A stretch of DNA of 64,000 bases, from the NCBI RefSeq assembly GCF_030144855.1, contig NC_082724.1:34534001-34598000 (forward strand), in the 5' to 3' direction. Numbering within the stretch: position 1 is the first letter of the stretch; the number at the start of each line of letters is the position of its first letter. The stretch comes from Hypanus sabinus (Eukaryota). This document shows, one piece after another, positions 61,150 through 64,000 of the stretch. The notes beneath the pieces were generated by a model. The model saw only the letters and a list, made by a program, of their open reading frames with translations. It was not told where the DNA came from and did not search any database. A program made the position numbers and the translations under genes.

Positions 61150-62410
61150 TGAAATATTGAGGGGGTGGTGGTGACTGGAGTAAAGAGAAAACAGAGCTTG
61201 AGCTGGAAAGCATGGAATACTGGGTGAATCTTCACATATGATGGTGGGTGAAGTGTATAAGAGGCTCTGTTGATAGCCTTTTCTACTACAACTGCTCTCA
61301 CTTTTTGGCAGAGTCGATCAGCCTGCCGGGCATATATGGTTGCTGAGTGTGTCCTGGCCCATCTCCGCTTGTGCATTGGACCAACTGCTCAGCAGCAGGA
61401 ACTTCCATTGGAGCGGGAAATATTGATGGCTGGAATCTGCTCTGGCATTTGAAGGGAGGCATGCCAGTGGAAGATGACTGGAGGTAATTGTGGGTGATCT
61501 TTGCCAAGACAAGTTGGGAGCTCCAGGTGGTGGTGGTGATGAAAGGCACAAGTCAGCACATCCTACTCCTGATTCATTCTCTCAATCAGGCCATTAGTTT
61601 GAGTTTGGTAACCAGATGAGAACAGAAATCTTCCGAAAACGGGAAGTGAGCTATGGTCCTCGAACAGACACAATATCCCAGAGGAGGTCATGCAGCCTGA
61701 ACTCGTGCTGAACGATGAGCTTGGGGGAGAGTAATGAAGCAACTGCTTTGGAGCACAATTACCAGAACAGCAGTGACAGAGGCAGATGAAGGCACCAAGA
61801 GGTGGGGCTAGGGGCGGTGAGGCACAGACAGTGGGGCAACGTCTTGTTCTGAGCAAAAGTGGGACAGACAGAGACAAAGTCGTGGAATCTTGGGACATAG
61901 ACATCCACCAAAATTAACTCTGTATAAATTCCAGGGTCTGTTGAAGAGAGACCCCACTCCAACACTCAGGGGCCCAAGGTGGCAGAAACAAAAAGCAGGT
62001 TGGGAGGACCCCACCTGGGCCTGGATCTGACTTTTTTTGCAGCTCACCTCTGCTTCTATTCCCTAAATCACCGGAGCAGCTTTGCACAAGCAAGGAATGA
62101 CAAGTTTTGTCCTCAATGGTATCAAACTGACGAAGAGAGCATAGATCTTCGTGTTTTTGCTGCCAGGTCTGTCGATGGGGGGAAACTAAACTGGGTGAAG
62201 AAGAGAGCCCATTGGCTTGATGAAAATGTCATGAATGCAGGAGAGGCTTGTGGGATCTCTCTATACCATAAATGGGGGCTCTGCACCCTCCAGCCAGTGT
62301 CGCCGTGCTTTCAGGACCTCCTTGACAGCCAGAAGTTCTCAGTTTCCGACAATGGGGTGGGAAAGAAAATCTACAGAAGAGCATTAGCAGAGTGCAGTTC
62401 CTATGGCAAC
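61150..62410 (-). mobile_element. Highly decayed Gypsy (sushi/chromovirus-like) pol fragment: RNase H to integrase
   Basis: RHWLEGAEPPFMV, FVSVCPTFAQNK, SSGYQTQTNGLIERMNQE, INRASYTL..KIHPVFHAFQLK. Confidence 0.8.
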
Positions 62411-62703
62411 ATCTGATGCATCAACTTCCTGCTGATGCCCTGTGCATCTGTAGATGTGAACTTCCCAATATTCAGGACATTTACAAACACAGGTGCGAGA
62501 AAGGGCCCGAAGGATAATTGGAGACCTGAGTCACCTCAACCACAAACTGTTCCAGCTGCTACCAGCCAGGAAACAGTATGTTTACGTACATGCAACGGTT
62601 TAAATAAACCAGCAGCAATAGAGTCTGGTTTTGATGGCAAAAACCATTATTTATTAGTAACTACATAATATAGTAACTTAAACAAAAGTTAGCAGTGTTA
62701 TGC

Positions 62704-62708
<5 letters not shown>

Positions 62709-62736
<28 letters not shown>
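62709..62736. repeat. (TG)14 microsatellite
   Basis: Read directly from the sequence. Confidence 0.95.
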
Positions 62737-62741
<5 letters not shown>

Positions 62742-64000
62742 ATAATTCCCAAACTCATTTAAGCTCAGGTGGCAAGGTTTAAAGTATTACGATGGTAGTG
62801 TAAGGAAGTTCAGTTGAATGCATGGAGTTGGTGAGGGGAGAGAGAGGTTTTTGTAAGCCAAGGTGAAATCCACAGTAGGAGAAGAACGAATAAGCGGTGT
62901 CGTTGTTCTTCCATTGTTGGACTCCGAATCCACTCTCGAGTTAACCAAATGTAGCTTATCACAAAGGGTACCATCTTCGAGGGAAAACTACCACCCAGGC
63001 AAGGGTAAACACGGGATCAGCCATTCTACACACTGTGATAGCTACTGATCGATCCTCAACCCACCCTCATGGGCACTCGGACGTTCCATCCAGTGACTCT
63101 TCTGTCACTGGTGTCCTTCCACGGTCGATTCCAGCTGTGTGTCTGTGAGAGAGTCATCTGACCTTGCTTAAATAGACACGCCACGAAGCAACTGTAAATA
63201 TCAACTGTTCATCATGTAACTCCACCTCTCTCTCACCATAGCAACCCAGAAGCAGGCAGCAGTACTGTAGTCAGTCTCTCTCATTCTGTGTCTTTTAAAG
63301 GCACAATCCATGTCCACAGCATTAAAGCCAGGACCAACAGGCTCCAGGACAGCTTCTTCCACCAGGCCATCAGACTGATTAATTCATGCTGATACAATTG
63401 TATTTCTATGTTATATTGACTGTCCTGTTTATTGTACATACTATTTATTATAAATTACTATAAATTGCACATTTAGACGGAGAAGTAATGTAAAGATTTT
63501 TACTCCTATATGAAGGATGTAAGTAATAAGATCAATTCAATTCAGTGGCAGTTCAGGCAAATCAGCAAGTTTGGAGAGCTGTTCCTTAAGGTTGTCTTCT
63601 ACCAGGAGTTGAAGGAATTCTGTGGAAAGGGGGATCGCAGAGGCCAACAATCCAAAGCCCTGACATCAATATCCTGTCTCGATTGTTCAGTGGGAACTCA
63701 CCAACTTTAGGCCGGTTCTGGGCTGCCCGGAATTGATAAATGCCTGAAGAAAAAATAGGTTTACCACCCCAAAGACAAGAAAGCTGGGAGCATTGCATGC
63801 TTGCAGGGAGAATCATTCCCTCAAATTCCCCTTCCTGCTGACAGGTATCCTCTTTTACCAGGCACTTGACACAGGATGCTCAGAAGTGTCCTGGAGTGCC
63901 ACCTTAGAGGCAGGAACTTGCCCCCCCCCCCCCCCCCGTGGCAGTTGTCAGTCCTCCTGAGAAAGGGTGAAGGCAGATAGTGATCTCTGTGCTTCTCTCG

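Noticed and set aside
62579-63315. Possible solo LTR interrupting a LINE 3' fragment
   Set aside because: Looks like an insertion, but TG...CA ends and TSD could not be defined consistently

Overview
Vertebrate genomic DNA, with a repeat landscape suggesting a cartilaginous fish (probably a ray; inference). It holds the complete 17-exon TMF1 gene on the minus strand: ATG 49283, TGA 13831-13833, and manually spliced exons give a 3468-nt open frame (1155 aa). The first coding exon of EOGT (2177-2374, minus) lies downstream, matching the conserved EOGT-TMF1 neighbourhood. Introns and intergenic DNA are dense with decayed and nested transposons: hAT, Penelope-like, Tc1, Tigger/pogo MITEs, CR1, L1, RTE-derived and Gypsy. 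The most notable finding is the 162-nt N run at 60615-60776. It is bracketed by a correctly spaced RNA polymerase II snRNA-type signal set (octamer + SPH distal element, PSE, no TATA, downstream 3' box), implying a hidden ~130-145 nt snRNA-class gene. Other highlights: a two-LTR Gag-protease-only retroelement carrying an unexplained ORF, a twin-primed 5'-inverted L1 with its TSD, a 31-bp GC-rich minisatellite at the TMF1 promoter, and an in-frame 54-nt duplication in TMF1 exon 2.
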